Assembly: GCF_016433145.1 (NCBI RefSeq)
Contig: NC_058132.1
Location: 165,123,025 to 165,187,024, forward strand
Direction: 5' to 3'
Origin: Gracilinanus agilis
Taxonomy: Eukaryota
DNA length: 64,000 nucleotides
Shown: piece by piece, positions 1 through 11,158 of the stretch
Layout of the letters: every line of letters starts with the position of its first letter
Position numbering within the stretch: the stretch's first letter is position 1
Translations under genes and position numbers: made by a program
The notes under the pieces: generated by a model
Database searches by the model: none
What the model was told of the DNA's origin: nothing
The model's input: the letters and a program-made list of their open reading frames with translations, nothing else

Positions 1-1419
1 ATACAAATACAAAAGATATCTTCCCTCAGAGAATTTCAATCCTATAAGAGATAGCATGTGCATATACAACTATATAGAATACATATGCACACCCCATAAA
101 TACAAAAAATATACATGTACATACAGAATACAAGAAAAAATACAAGGTAATTAAGGATAGACGGAAGGCACTAACATATGGGAGGTTAGGAAAGACTTTT
201 TATAGAAGTGGTGTTTGAGCTGAGTTTTGAGAAATAAAGTCTATGAGGTAAAAGTGAGAAGGAAAGGTAATATATGTAAGGAGGACAGGCAGAAGAAAAG
301 CATGGTGACAGGAGATGAAATGCCATATGTGAGGAACAACTTAGCCCCAATGTATCTTTCCAGTTTTATTAGTCCCCTTTCCACACTCTCAAAACCAAAT
401 TACTTTTGATTCACCTCATAAAATACCTGCCATTAAGGAATATGTGTGCAAATAGGGATGAGCAGGAAATGGAAAAGAACATAAATGTCACCAGGATTTA
501 TATCACAAAAAATAAAAGATGAGGTGACAATTCTAAAAAATTGTCACCCAATCTGGAACCACCCCCCTACATCATTTTTAGCTCCTCACTTTCCCACCAG
601 ATCCAACAAGTCAATAAGTTCTATTAATTCTTCCTAAATTCTCCAAATGTATAAGATCAAAGAATGAAGAACTATCAGGGGCCTTAAAGATTTCATTTGA
701 CCCACTCATTTTGTGGATGATAAAGCTGCAATCTAGAGAAATAAGGGACTTGCCTAATAAGGTCACATGTATAATACAAAATTTCAGATTTATAAAGCAA
801 TTTAGAAGCCATCTAATCCAATCCAAACCTAAAAAAGAATTCTCTCAAACCCAGACAAATGGTCATTCAATGCCTTTGAAGACCTCTCATGAGGGAAATC
901 CACTATTATACTATGTCCTAATAGCAGTCAGTTCCACTTTTGGATAGCTCTAATTGTTAAGATTTTTTTTCTTCTTACATACTTCTCTTAGACTTTCAAC
1001 TATTGATAGTTCTGCCCTTTCTGGAGCCAAGGGTTTTGGTTTTCCCCTGAACTTTAGTGCTTACTGATTCTATCACATGGGATAAGATTTAAAGCTATTA
1101 GAGATCTTTGAGATTCCAGCATCTTCATTGTACAAATGAAAAAACTGAGACTGTGAAAGGTTGGGTAATTTCCCTAAGGTCACAAAGGTATTAATTAGCA
1201 GACCCTGGACTTACAGATTGGTCTTTTTAGATTCTCCTCCTCCTCCCATCTTAGTGTTATTTAAAGCTTTATATATTTTGCCCATTGGTGAGATTATAAA
1301 CTGAAATAAACAAGTTTAGCGGTTTTTCAAATAACAGTTGAACTCATTTGTTGCAGAACCCTTCTCAAGAAACATATAAATGTGAATTGCATTTACCTGT
1401 GTTAAAAACACAAGAATAT

Positions 1420-1690
1420 ATCCTAAAATTTTCAGAGCAACATTATTTGTCATAGCAAAGAAATGGAAACAAAGTAGATGTCCACTGATTTGAGGAACAG
1501 CTAAACAAACTGTAGCCCATAAATGTGATGTTCTATTACTGTGTTGTCAAAACAACCTGAAGAATATAATCAAGGGGAAAATGGCAAAATTAAGAAAAGC
1601 AGTCAGGAAAAGAATTGATATAACTACAATGAAATAGCAACAACAAAAATAGAAACTGAATATTGTGTGATTATAATGATCAGTGAACTT
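1420..1690 (+). mobile_element. LINE-1 3' fragment (approximate bounds)
   Basis: Resembles the L1 ORF2 end (agcaacattatttgtcatagcaaagaaatggaaacaaagtagatgtcc); recognised by pattern only. Confidence 0.5.
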
Positions 1691-2112
1691 GGAAAGAAGC
1701 CACTATTATGGTTTCGAAGTATCTACATGGAGATTCAAACTTCAGGCAGCTTCTGAGGTTCTAAGATCCTTTGATTTTATGTGGAAACATTATTTAGCTT
1801 ATTGATTGTGCTTGTTTCCTCAAGTTTATTATTTGAGGGGCAGGAATGATATTGTCTTAAGTGTGGCTTGGGCTCATTCTAGAAAGTGGTCCATTACCTT
1901 GCATTCAGGAGGTGCTCAACAACGGTTAACATTTCGCAAATGATACGACCCAGAAGTTCAGAACTCCTTCTACAAAAACATCCTTATTTACATAAACCTT
2001 GAGTGGAGACCCTGGAAGCCCACGCTGTTCAATTGGTGGCTTAGCACAGGTTTAGAGAAGGTAAAAGGGTATACCCTCCCCCATGCCCATTTTAGATAAA
2101 AGTGGCACTCAC

Positions 2113-2290
2113 AGATGCGGGGGCTTCCTCACCACACCGTGAGGGACACTCCACCCAAGCCCCAATAGGCGCCACTGCCTCATTTCTCTCAGCCAGCACT
2201 GCTAGCAGGGCCCGGTTCTTCTCAAAAGTTTGTTCCACCCAGGGGGCACATCGAGACTTTCTGGTCGGTGCTGGTTTTTGAGACGTCCAT
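2113..2290 (-). CDS. CCDC15: CCDC15 first coding exon (exon 2113-2295, ATG at 2290), with an apparent 1-nt frameshift at 2224-2227
   Basis: Minus strand encodes LLAVLAERNEAVAPIGAWVE, matching recalled human VLAVLAERNEAIVPVGAWVE. Acceptor ttttcctcctgagcag|G at 2295, Kozak atcATGG, phase-0 donor GTGAGT after 2113. Head-to-head with HEPACAM as in eutherians. Confidence 0.88.
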
Positions 2291-2359
2291 GATTCCTGCT
2301 CAGGAGGAAAACATCAGCATCTTTAAGAGGCTGCTTCAAACTCATCACCTACAAAACCA

Positions 2360-3250
2360 CGCGAGGGCTGGGCCCCTGGGGAAAAGGGGCAAGGCCCCGG
2401 GGGTTGGAGGAAGAGTGGGGGAAGATGGGCTGGGAATGGAGGGCCCAGGGGCTCCGAAGTGGGAGGGGGGAGGGACAAGTGAAGAGGTAGAGGCGCCGGG
2501 GGCAGGAAATTTAAGAGAACCTGGACGCGGGCAAAGACAGCCGAGTGTTGGGTTAAGGCAGGATGGCGGTGTCCGGAAGGCCGGGGACATAAGACAGCCC
2601 GACCTGGCGGCGGCGCCTGGATCCCGCTCTTGCTTAGGGAACGCTGCTGCAGGCCCGGGACCGCCATCGGGATCCCAGACCCAAAAATGAAAACACAGTT
2701 AAGTAACTACAACGTCTAAACCGCCACTTTCTATTTCGGCGCTCCGCCCACCCCACATTTTTTTACTCCCGCCCCTTCCGGGCCCCACCCTCTCTCTGGG
2801 CATCCGAGGCGGAATGTAGAAGAGACTTGAACTCTGCCTCCAGTTACATTGTTTCCGGTTCCTGCAGCCTCGGAATCTATACTTCCCGAGGGGGTGGGGC
2901 AGTTTCTAGTTCTTTGTCTGTCGTTGTGTGCGTTGGGGGGCGCTGCTGTCCGATCTCGCCGGTAGTGAACCTTATCCTCACGAGTCTTTGTCTCTGAAAT
3001 GTTCTTTTCTTCTCTAGCGAGAAAAGAACCCTTCATTAAGAAGGAACCGAACTCTTTACTTTAGAACCGCCTGCCTTTTAGGAAAAGAAGTACCCCATAA
3101 ATTAGGAAGATCAGCACGGCTAGGGCGAAATGCCGCGCATCAGAGGACTGGAGGATCAAATCCTTCCTCTCTACCTGCCCTTCTCTTCTCTCTCTTTCAC
3201 CTTCTATTTCTGTTTCTGGGTCAGATAGGTTTCACTTAGAGCCACGGGAA
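2360..3250 (-). promoter_or_regulatory. CpG-island promoter of CCDC15
   Basis: Sharp rise in GC and CpG just upstream of the coding exon; GC boxes (ccgccc near 2744 and 2768) and an ETS-like ccggaag near 2573. Non-coding exon 1 not located. Confidence 0.7.
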
Positions 3251-3618
3251 GTTCTCTAAATTCCGGCTCCTTTCCTTTAGTGGTCCAGATATCCCATCAT
3301 AACATAACATAACATCCTTACCCTGTGCTGGACCATTCTACTCTTAGGACCTATTTGGGGCCATTCCAATGTGACATTTCACTTCAACCCCGTTTCTGCC
3401 AGTGCTGTAAGAGCTCTAATCGGACTTCCAAGCTAGGACTCTTGAAAGGATGTTTAGAAGGCACATAAAAGCTTATCTTCCAATATTTTGAGAGCTCTTA
3501 TGAGGCAGTGAGCCATGATCCAATAGGCATGATAGATTTTGGAAGAGATTTCAAAGTTTTAACAGACTCCTGTTTAGGAGCTCTACAAATATGAACCTTG
3601 GGAGGTAGGTGTACTATT

Positions 3619-3817
3619 TTTTTTTAACCCTTACCTTCCGTCTTGGGGTCAATACTATGTATTGGCTCCAAGGCAGAAGAGTGGTAAGGGTAGGCAATGG
3701 GGGTCAAGTGACTTGCCCAGGGTCACACAGCTGGGAAGTGTCTGAGGTCAGATTTGAACCTAGGACCTCCTGTCTCTAGGCCTGGCTCTCAATCCACTGA
3801 GCTACCCAGCTTCCCCC
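3619..3817 (-). mobile_element. SINE1_Mdo-type tRNA-derived SINE inserted into a MIR-like element
   Basis: Full head-to-tail match to other copies; TSD gtgtactatt at 3609-3618 and 3821-3830. Confidence 0.9.
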
Positions 3818-4109
3818 TACGTGTACTATTATTATCCTCATTTGACCCTTAAGAAACTGTTGCATATAGGTTAACGACTTGCCAAGAGCTGCACAGCTAA
3901 TGTGTGCTTGAATCAGTACTTGAGGTGACAAAGCTCCAGAACCTAATGCTCAATCTACTGTACCACCCAAATGCCTTTCAGATATGTCTAAAAAAAAAAA
4001 AGGTTCCACAACTGAAAAGAGGAAATAACTATCCAAAGAATCAATGTAGTTCACAACCAACTTGTGGGAATTCATTGATGAACATAGTTGGTGTTTTTTT
4101 TTAAGATTT

Positions 4110-4290
4110 TAGTAAACTTGCTGTTCATTTGTCTGACTCTTCACTGACCCCATTTGCCATTTCCTTCTCCAGCTCATTTTACAGATGAGGAACTGAAACA
4201 AACAGGGTTAAGTGACTTGCCTAGGGTCACACAGTTAATAAGTGTCTAAGAGTTGAGCTCAGGAAAGATGAGTCTTCCTTGGCAAGTATG
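4110..4290 (-). mobile_element. MAR1-type CORE-SINE fragment
   Basis: ttgccatttccttctccagctcattttacagatgaggaactg signature. Confidence 0.7.
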
Positions 4291-4779
4291 GAAAATGGAA
4301 ACGAGCAAAGTAACTAGATGAATATAAAAGAATAGTTCCGTAAGAATAAAGTCAAGTGTTCAGTTTGAAAGTTCAGAATAAGATAAAGTTGGCCATGAAT
4401 ACTAAGGAAAATAAACAGCTTTTTAAGCCACTTGGGGGGAGAAGGAACCAAGAAGCAACAGGATAATATTTGGTGTAGATGCTTACAGACAACAGAACTC
4501 AACTCTTGGCCACTGAGAACAATATTTGGACCAGGAAAGAGAGAATAAAAATAGTTAATAAGGAATTGAAACACTGGATAAATGAAGAGATAGTAGGTGA
4601 GCAAGTACCTCCTAAACCCATTGAGTTCTGGCCAGCAGTACTGCATGAACACAATCTAGTATATTGGGGGGGGGGGGGGGGGAAGCTGTCAATATAATTT
4701 CAAAGCATAGACATTTAAAACACTGGGGATGAAAAGTGGAGGGGAAAGGGTGGAGGGAGATGGAGGGTCAGGAAGGATA

Positions 4780-4970
4780 TTGTAAGACAAGCTGTATAAA
4801 TGTTATCCCAATTTTCAAAGAAAGGGGGAAAAATAGAGTCTGCAAACTATTGGCCAATGAGCTTTTTTCTAGCAAAATTATAAAGCTCATTATTAATATA
4901 TTTGTAAGCATTTAGAAAAGGAAGCATAATTTCATCAATAACAAGTTGTACAAAACCAGATTTCTCTTAT
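4780..4970 (+). mobile_element. CR1/L3 LINE fragment
   Basis: Resembles the CR1 RT region (cccaattttcaaagaaaggg...gcaaactattggccaatgagc); pattern recognition only. Confidence 0.5.
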
Positions 4971-5134
4971 TTCCTTTTTTGCCATGCCACTGAATGTATA
5001 CCCTTCTTCCTTCTTTTCCTTTCCCCAACTTTGGGATCAGCTATCATGAAAACCAGCATCATTCTAAGAAAAACATAGGAGTCATCTAGTTCAGCCTTTA
5101 TATATTCTACATGAAGAAATTGAAACCCATAGAG

Positions 5135-5327
5135 CAGTGGTTCCCAAACTTTTTTGGCCTACCACCCCCTTTCCAGAAAAATTTTTACTTAGCGCCCCCT
5201 AGAAATTATGAAACTATTTATTGAACTCAGAATAGAATGTAATACAAAAAAAGTGTGGCCATCACCGCTTTCCTGGATCGCTGCAGCACCCACCAGGGGG
5301 CGGTAGCACCCACTTTGGGAATCACTG
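5135..5327 (+). mobile_element. hAT (Charlie-like) MITE, 193 bp
   Basis: TIRs cagtggttcccaaa / tttgggaatcactg; perfect 8-bp TSD ccatagag at 5127-5134 and 5328-5335. Confidence 0.92.
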
Positions 5328-8300
5328 CCATAGAGGATAATTGGCTTGCTCAAAGTCACATGGGCTATAAGTGGTAGTCAGAATTTGAACTTACGTGCAA
5401 CAATTAAATTCATGAGTGTCAGAGTCTGAAAGCATCCTTTCAGCACCAGATCTGCAAAACATTCAAATCTTACAGCCATGGTTTTTCAGATTAAAAAATG
5501 CCTGGGAAGATGTGCAGATTTTTCCTCTCCTTTAAAAAAGTACAAATCCTTACCAACTATCAATTCTAAGGTAGAAGAGCAATGAGAGCTAGGCTATATA
5601 GATTAAGTTCTGGTCCCCCTTATATGTTGTTTTCTTCTACTGGAATATAAGCTCCTTAAGGGCAGGGTCATCTTGTTTTTCATTTATTTTGTTTTTTTAA
5701 ATCCTCAGGGGTAGACACATAGTCAGAACTTAATAAATTATTTTTTCATTAATTTAACTAATTCCAACACACAGACAAAAGGCTTCTTTTAGCAACAATA
5801 GTTAGATAGAGCTGTGAGGACATTCCCTACCTTTGCATGCATTTTCTTTTTCCTTCTTTTCCATTGGCCTGTTGGATTCTTCTTATATCTTGTCTCTCTC
5901 ACAAGAGATTGTCCTCAATTTCTTACTATGTACCTTATAAATGCTTCCCTCCAACTAGAGGTTGCACTGGGGTAGTATGAACACCAGGTATTTGCCACAC
6001 ATACCTATAAAGGATGTTGTTCCCAATAGACACATGTTCTACATCCCCTTTCAACCAGATTCCATACTGGGGTAGCATCATTACCTATCAAGGTCTGCAT
6101 TGGCTTGGAAGGAATATAGTTCCAAAGGAGAATATGTCCCTTCATATGTATAAATCTTTCTTATCCCTTTCTATCCAGAACCTAATATGTAAAGTACTGA
6201 TAGAGGTGGCCAGTGATAGAAGCAGGGCCCTCATGTTCTGAAATCTAGTGAGCATACATTGCAAAATATGTACTAGTCATTTGTATTAGTCTTATACTGT
6301 TCTGTATTTTTCTTTTACAGTTCTATACCATCCCAAAGTCCCCAACTGATAAGAGCATCTCCTATACTGGCAAATGATGGCAGGTGGAATAGCAGAGGGA
6401 ACATAAGGCATGTACACTGAAGATTCTCACAGTCCAGGGGAATCCCCCCAAACCTCTATGTGCCCTTTATTTTCTTTTTCATTTCCTTAAGTTCACCTGT
6501 GACATGTCAGACTGAAAAATACCCCTCTACCTGGATCCATACCTTCCTCCTCTACTCCCATTTTCCAGGGTTTTCTTCCTGGAACACTCCAAAATGCCCA
6601 GAGGTGAGCTATTCTGGGAAAAGATGGCAAATTCCCTGGAATGGGAATCAGATGAATGGCTTGGGCCATTCCATCAGTTCTAAGGCCATTTCATCAGCAT
6701 AGGGCTATTTCACTGCACTAACCCTCTTCTTTAAATAAACACTTTCATGCCTCTAGATAGAACAGAGTTTTGAGCCTCTGATTCTTTGGGCAAGATTCTG
6801 CTACAAGCTTTGCTATATCTCCTGTACCCCAATTCTTGGAAGGAGACCTAGTTTAATGGATTGGTGATATGTCCTTCCATATGTCCTATTTAGTAGAATA
6901 GGATGGAAACACTTTTAAGATCTAAAAGAAAATTAATGAGGAAAGTTTGGTAATTTTCCCCGTGATTTTTTAACTTATTTGTCTTTGGGCAATGAAGCTT
7001 TACAAGCACTCTAGAGATATTCTTCAGAATGTCCTTACTGCATCTTAAATAGGTCAGTTGTGCCACTGCAATGCTTAAAAAGCAATTAATTTCTTTCTTT
7101 TTGTTCCTCTGAAGAGTTGCTGAATAGGGCACTTTTAAAAACCATGGACACAAGCTGAAATCACACTCAGCATCTGAACGAGAGATAACTCTTTTCAGAA
7201 ATCAAATATTTACTCTCAGTTTTCTTGTGCTGAAGTAAATGTTCCTCACCCACTTTCTAACACAAAGATCTCATAACTGCCCTTATTTCACCTGAAATTC
7301 ATGCCTTATCTGAGACTCCCATGCTTCTTCTTTGGCCCCTATCCTTTTAGGGAATCCATACCTCTCTCTAAGCCTCATATCTGTTCCAACTACACTCATT
7401 TCTTTCATATCCTCAGGACACCATGCTTCTCCAGTGTTCTGTTGGCAGCAAAACCTGGGAGATGATAAGAAGGGTGGCTTTGAAAGAGAGGCAAAATGAA
7501 GGGGCCTTTTGAGATTTGTTTTAGTTTTGATCTCATCTCCATTTTCTTTGATTTGGTATCTTTTACAAAGAATAACCTGAAGTTTAAAAAACTCTTCGAA
7601 GAGGGTCATTCTTCCCAGTCCATTCTCACTCAAAAACATACAAACAAAAAATATCCATATTCATTTTGCTTCAAAAAGAAGCCAGCAAATCTGACCCTTG
7701 TTTGGTGGTTGCTGGAGCAGCATAGCCCTGCCCACTCTCTATACAAAGCCGCACACAAATTCCTTGTTTCCTAGGCAGGGCTCTGTAGCTCTGCAAAAGC
7801 TCTGGCTGGTATTTGCCTCTCATTTTATTTCTCTCTGTTCTGATAAATCAAACCCACGGTAGGACCCTATTACTACCAGTTCACTAAAGCAAAATTTTAT
7901 GAAGCTGGATGAAGGGAAAATGCCCCAAGGTACCTTTGTGGGAAGGTGGGAGGAAAAGGAGTAACCCTTGGAGTTAAAGAATGATTATGCACCATGTGCT
8001 ATAGATCTCTGAAAGTGTGCTGGAGGTGAGGTGATAAGGGAGGTGTTTAGATTTCTGTAGCCAGGGATGGAACTCTCCATTTAAGCAACAGGAATTACAA
8101 GGTTTGGGGAAAGGGTAAGAGAGTTTGGGGGAGACTAAGGTAGCAGATCACAGTTCTGCTTTCTCCTGAATGTCACCTGGCCCCTTCATGTCCTCAACAT
8201 CACCTTCCTCTTATGTCCACAATTTCTTTTCCTCACATCTTTCCTATGACTCTGAGATAGGAATTCAAAAAGCTGGTACCATCTTATCATGAATGCTATT

Positions 8301-8340
8301 AGCATGGAGGTTTTCTGAAGCCCATAACTCATTTGGCTTT

Positions 8341-8536
8341 TTTTAAACCCTTATCTTCTGCCTTAAAATTAACACTAAATATACCTTTCAAAGCAGAAGA
8401 TCAGTAAGGGATAGGTAATCGAGGTTAAGTGACTTGCTCAGGGTCACACAGCTAGAAAGTATTTGAGGTCAGATTTGAACCCAGGCCCTCCTGTCTCCAG
8501 GCCTGAAACTATTCATTGAGCCACCTAGCTGCCTCC
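8341..8536 (-). mobile_element. Older SINE1_Mdo-type SINE
   Basis: Diverged full-length match to other copies. Confidence 0.8.
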
Positions 8537-9280
8537 AGTAACTAATTTCTAACACCATTCTTGTTTAATTAGAATCTAAAACTATGATTCCCAGCACCCC
8601 ACTCTTCTTCTTATATTACATGCTAATGTAGGGAAGTTACAAATGTTGTGTAGCCCTGCCTCTCACTCTCTTGATCTGGTAGGTTTGGTGAAGGGAGTGT
8701 TAGGTAAGAGCCAGGAGACTATTGCTCATGTGGTCTTAATTTTGTTAGATATAACTTTTTTTTTTTTACTTCTATTTCCTTTTTATTCCTTCTACTTCAA
8801 GTAATAAACTTTACAAAGTATAATTCTTGGCATGTTAGATATTACTTACTTCTATTTCATTTTTATTCCTTCTTCTATTTCCTTTTTATTCCTTCTACTT
8901 CAAGTAATAAACTTTACAAAATATAATTCTTGGCATGTTGGATATTAATTTAAATCTTACATTCATAGCAACCAGAAGTCTGGAATTTTAGACCCTTACT
9001 AAGTGAGTAGATTAGTTTGAAAAAAACACATTTCTCTCCTCCCTTAGCCTTCTTGCCCTCCCCCCTATCCAGGGAACTCCGCCTGTTGCTGCCACTCCTA
9101 CCTCCCTCACTAACTGCCTTAGGGGTCCTTACTGAGCCTGCAGCCACCTTCTGACACTTCCTACTGTTCATTGCCCACCCAAGAGTCATTTGGAAGCAAA
9201 AAGGTGAGATCTAAATCCCATTTTCTTCTCTTATACTGAAAGCAACTGAATAGCCATTGCTTGCTGTGACCTAATAAGCC

Positions 9281-9282
<2 letters not shown>

Positions 9283-9332
<50 letters not shown>

Positions 9333-9359
9333 TATGTGTGTGTGTGTGTGTGTGTGTGT
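9283..9359. repeat. (GT)n microsatellite
   Basis: Seen directly. Confidence 0.95.
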
Positions 9360-10964
9360 TTAGCAAAAATTAGCCTCTAACCCTCCTGACTCTTTTACCT
9401 GGAGGAAACAACCCTGCTGCCCCACAAGATACCATCTTGCAGCCCAGAATCCCAGAGTGTTGGAGAAAGTTAATAATTTCAGCTCAGTTTTTTTTTATTA
9501 TTATAAGGTATTAATTATTGGGCTAAATTGAGAAAGTTTAACCTTATCTTACTCCTAGAAGTTTACTCTCTCTTTAAGGTCTTTCCTAAACCCCAATGTG
9601 GGTCTCAAGCATAGTAGCCATTTAAACCCTTTTTGTTCTCCCAAACCAGCTCAACTAAGGGACTCTCAGGAGTTTTTACCTTCACAGTTCCTAAAATAGA
9701 AAGCTTTTGTTTTCCCTCACTAACTTAGCCTTGGGCTAAAGCCTTTTTGCAGCCCTCCATTCAAAGGCTGATTGGCGCATGTCTCCATTTACTAGCATTA
9801 TGAAATCTTTACTCCTAGCCAGTACATAAGTAGGTTAGCACTACCTACAGTTAGGAAATAGATTTGCAACCAATTTAATAAGTAGAATTGCAAGCATGGC
9901 CCAGTTATCTGCCTATCTCAAATAGCTCCCATTCTGAGAGAGCAATACAGAGCTTACACTGCTCAAACTTTTGGGGTGGGGTGTCTTTTCTGACTACTAT
10001 TTCTGGATGCATTTGTCCTTGCAATTAGCTTGAGTAATCCTGAGATTTGGGGGGTGGGAGAGGTTCATCTCCCTATGCCCCCTTGCCATTTTGGCCTGCC
10101 CAGTCTCTGTAACATACACAATATGGGGTTTGTCCACACTGTGGGTATGGGGAACCCCAGAGGTGTGACCAAAGGAACCTAGATGGATGATGATACTGGG
10201 GAGGGGAAGGAACCTTAAAGAGTCTGGATATGAATTTTTAGCTTTTCAGACTCCATTGCTAACTATTCTAGATTTTTCCCCTCTAAATCGTGAAGAAGTC
10301 TCTGAAATGCAGCTACTGGAATTGGAGAAAAGGACTCTTGAATTCAGTGTCTATAATCCTGTCACATATATTGTATTTGCTAATTGTTTTAAAATTTAAT
10401 TTTGTTTTTTTTTAGTCATATCAATCTAATCTAATATAGTCTGTTATACTGAATCATTTAAAGTTACTATGTTTTGGCCATTAGCTATGTGTGCTGTTAC
10501 ATTGTCTTTATTTGTACTGCCCCCTATGATTGGACTGGAGAAAATACCATTGTAAAAGTCTATAAACAACTTGCACAAACCCTTTTCTGTGGCAAAACCA
10601 TAGGACCTTATGGATGCTGGGTTTGTTACCAGATCCATTGAGGTCACATGTTGCCTAAATAGCCTTTTGTTTCTTTTTGCCTTTGTTAATTGTCACATAG
10701 ATGATGATAGATGGACTCCATCAAACTGGTTACAACCTATAAACAACTTTTGGAGAATTTAATGATCTAAAATTTTTAATTGATTTTAAGGGGTCTTCAT
10801 AAGTGATTTTTCAGGATACCTAGGAGCACCACTACCTCTGACATCATTTGTCTACCTTTAAGTTGTTTGTAACAAAAGGTAAGGGTTCATTTAGTAGTTG
10901 AAGTGCAGTGCAATAGCACTATTGTATTCCCCACCTCCACATTTATTAAAAATGTAATGATGAG

Positions 10965-11158
10965 GGGCAGCTGGGTAGCTCAGTGGATTGAGAGCCAGGC
11001 CTAGAGATGGGAGGTCCTAGGTTCAAATCTGACCTCAGACACTTCCCAGCTGTGTGACCCTGGGCAAGTCACTTGACCCCAATTGCCTACCCTTACCACA
11101 ATTCTGCCTTGGAGCCAATACACAGTATTGACTCCAAGATGGAAGGTAAAGGTTTAAA
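10965..11158 (+). mobile_element. SINE1_Mdo-type SINE inserted into the ERV env region
   Basis: TSD aaaaatgtaatgatgag at 10948-10964 and 11159-11175. Confidence 0.92.

Noticed and set aside
2268-3036. 100-140 aa ORFs in the CCDC15 CpG island
   Set aside because: GC-rich sequence is depleted of stop codons; low-complexity Gly/Pro translations with no recognisable homology.
4666-4682. G17 homopolymer as a functional G-quadruplex
   Set aside because: Isolated run in non-promoter sequence with no supporting context.
5439-5447. TTCAGCACC as a REST/RE1 site (similar half-site at 18150)
   Set aside because: Only the left half is present; no GGACAG right half.
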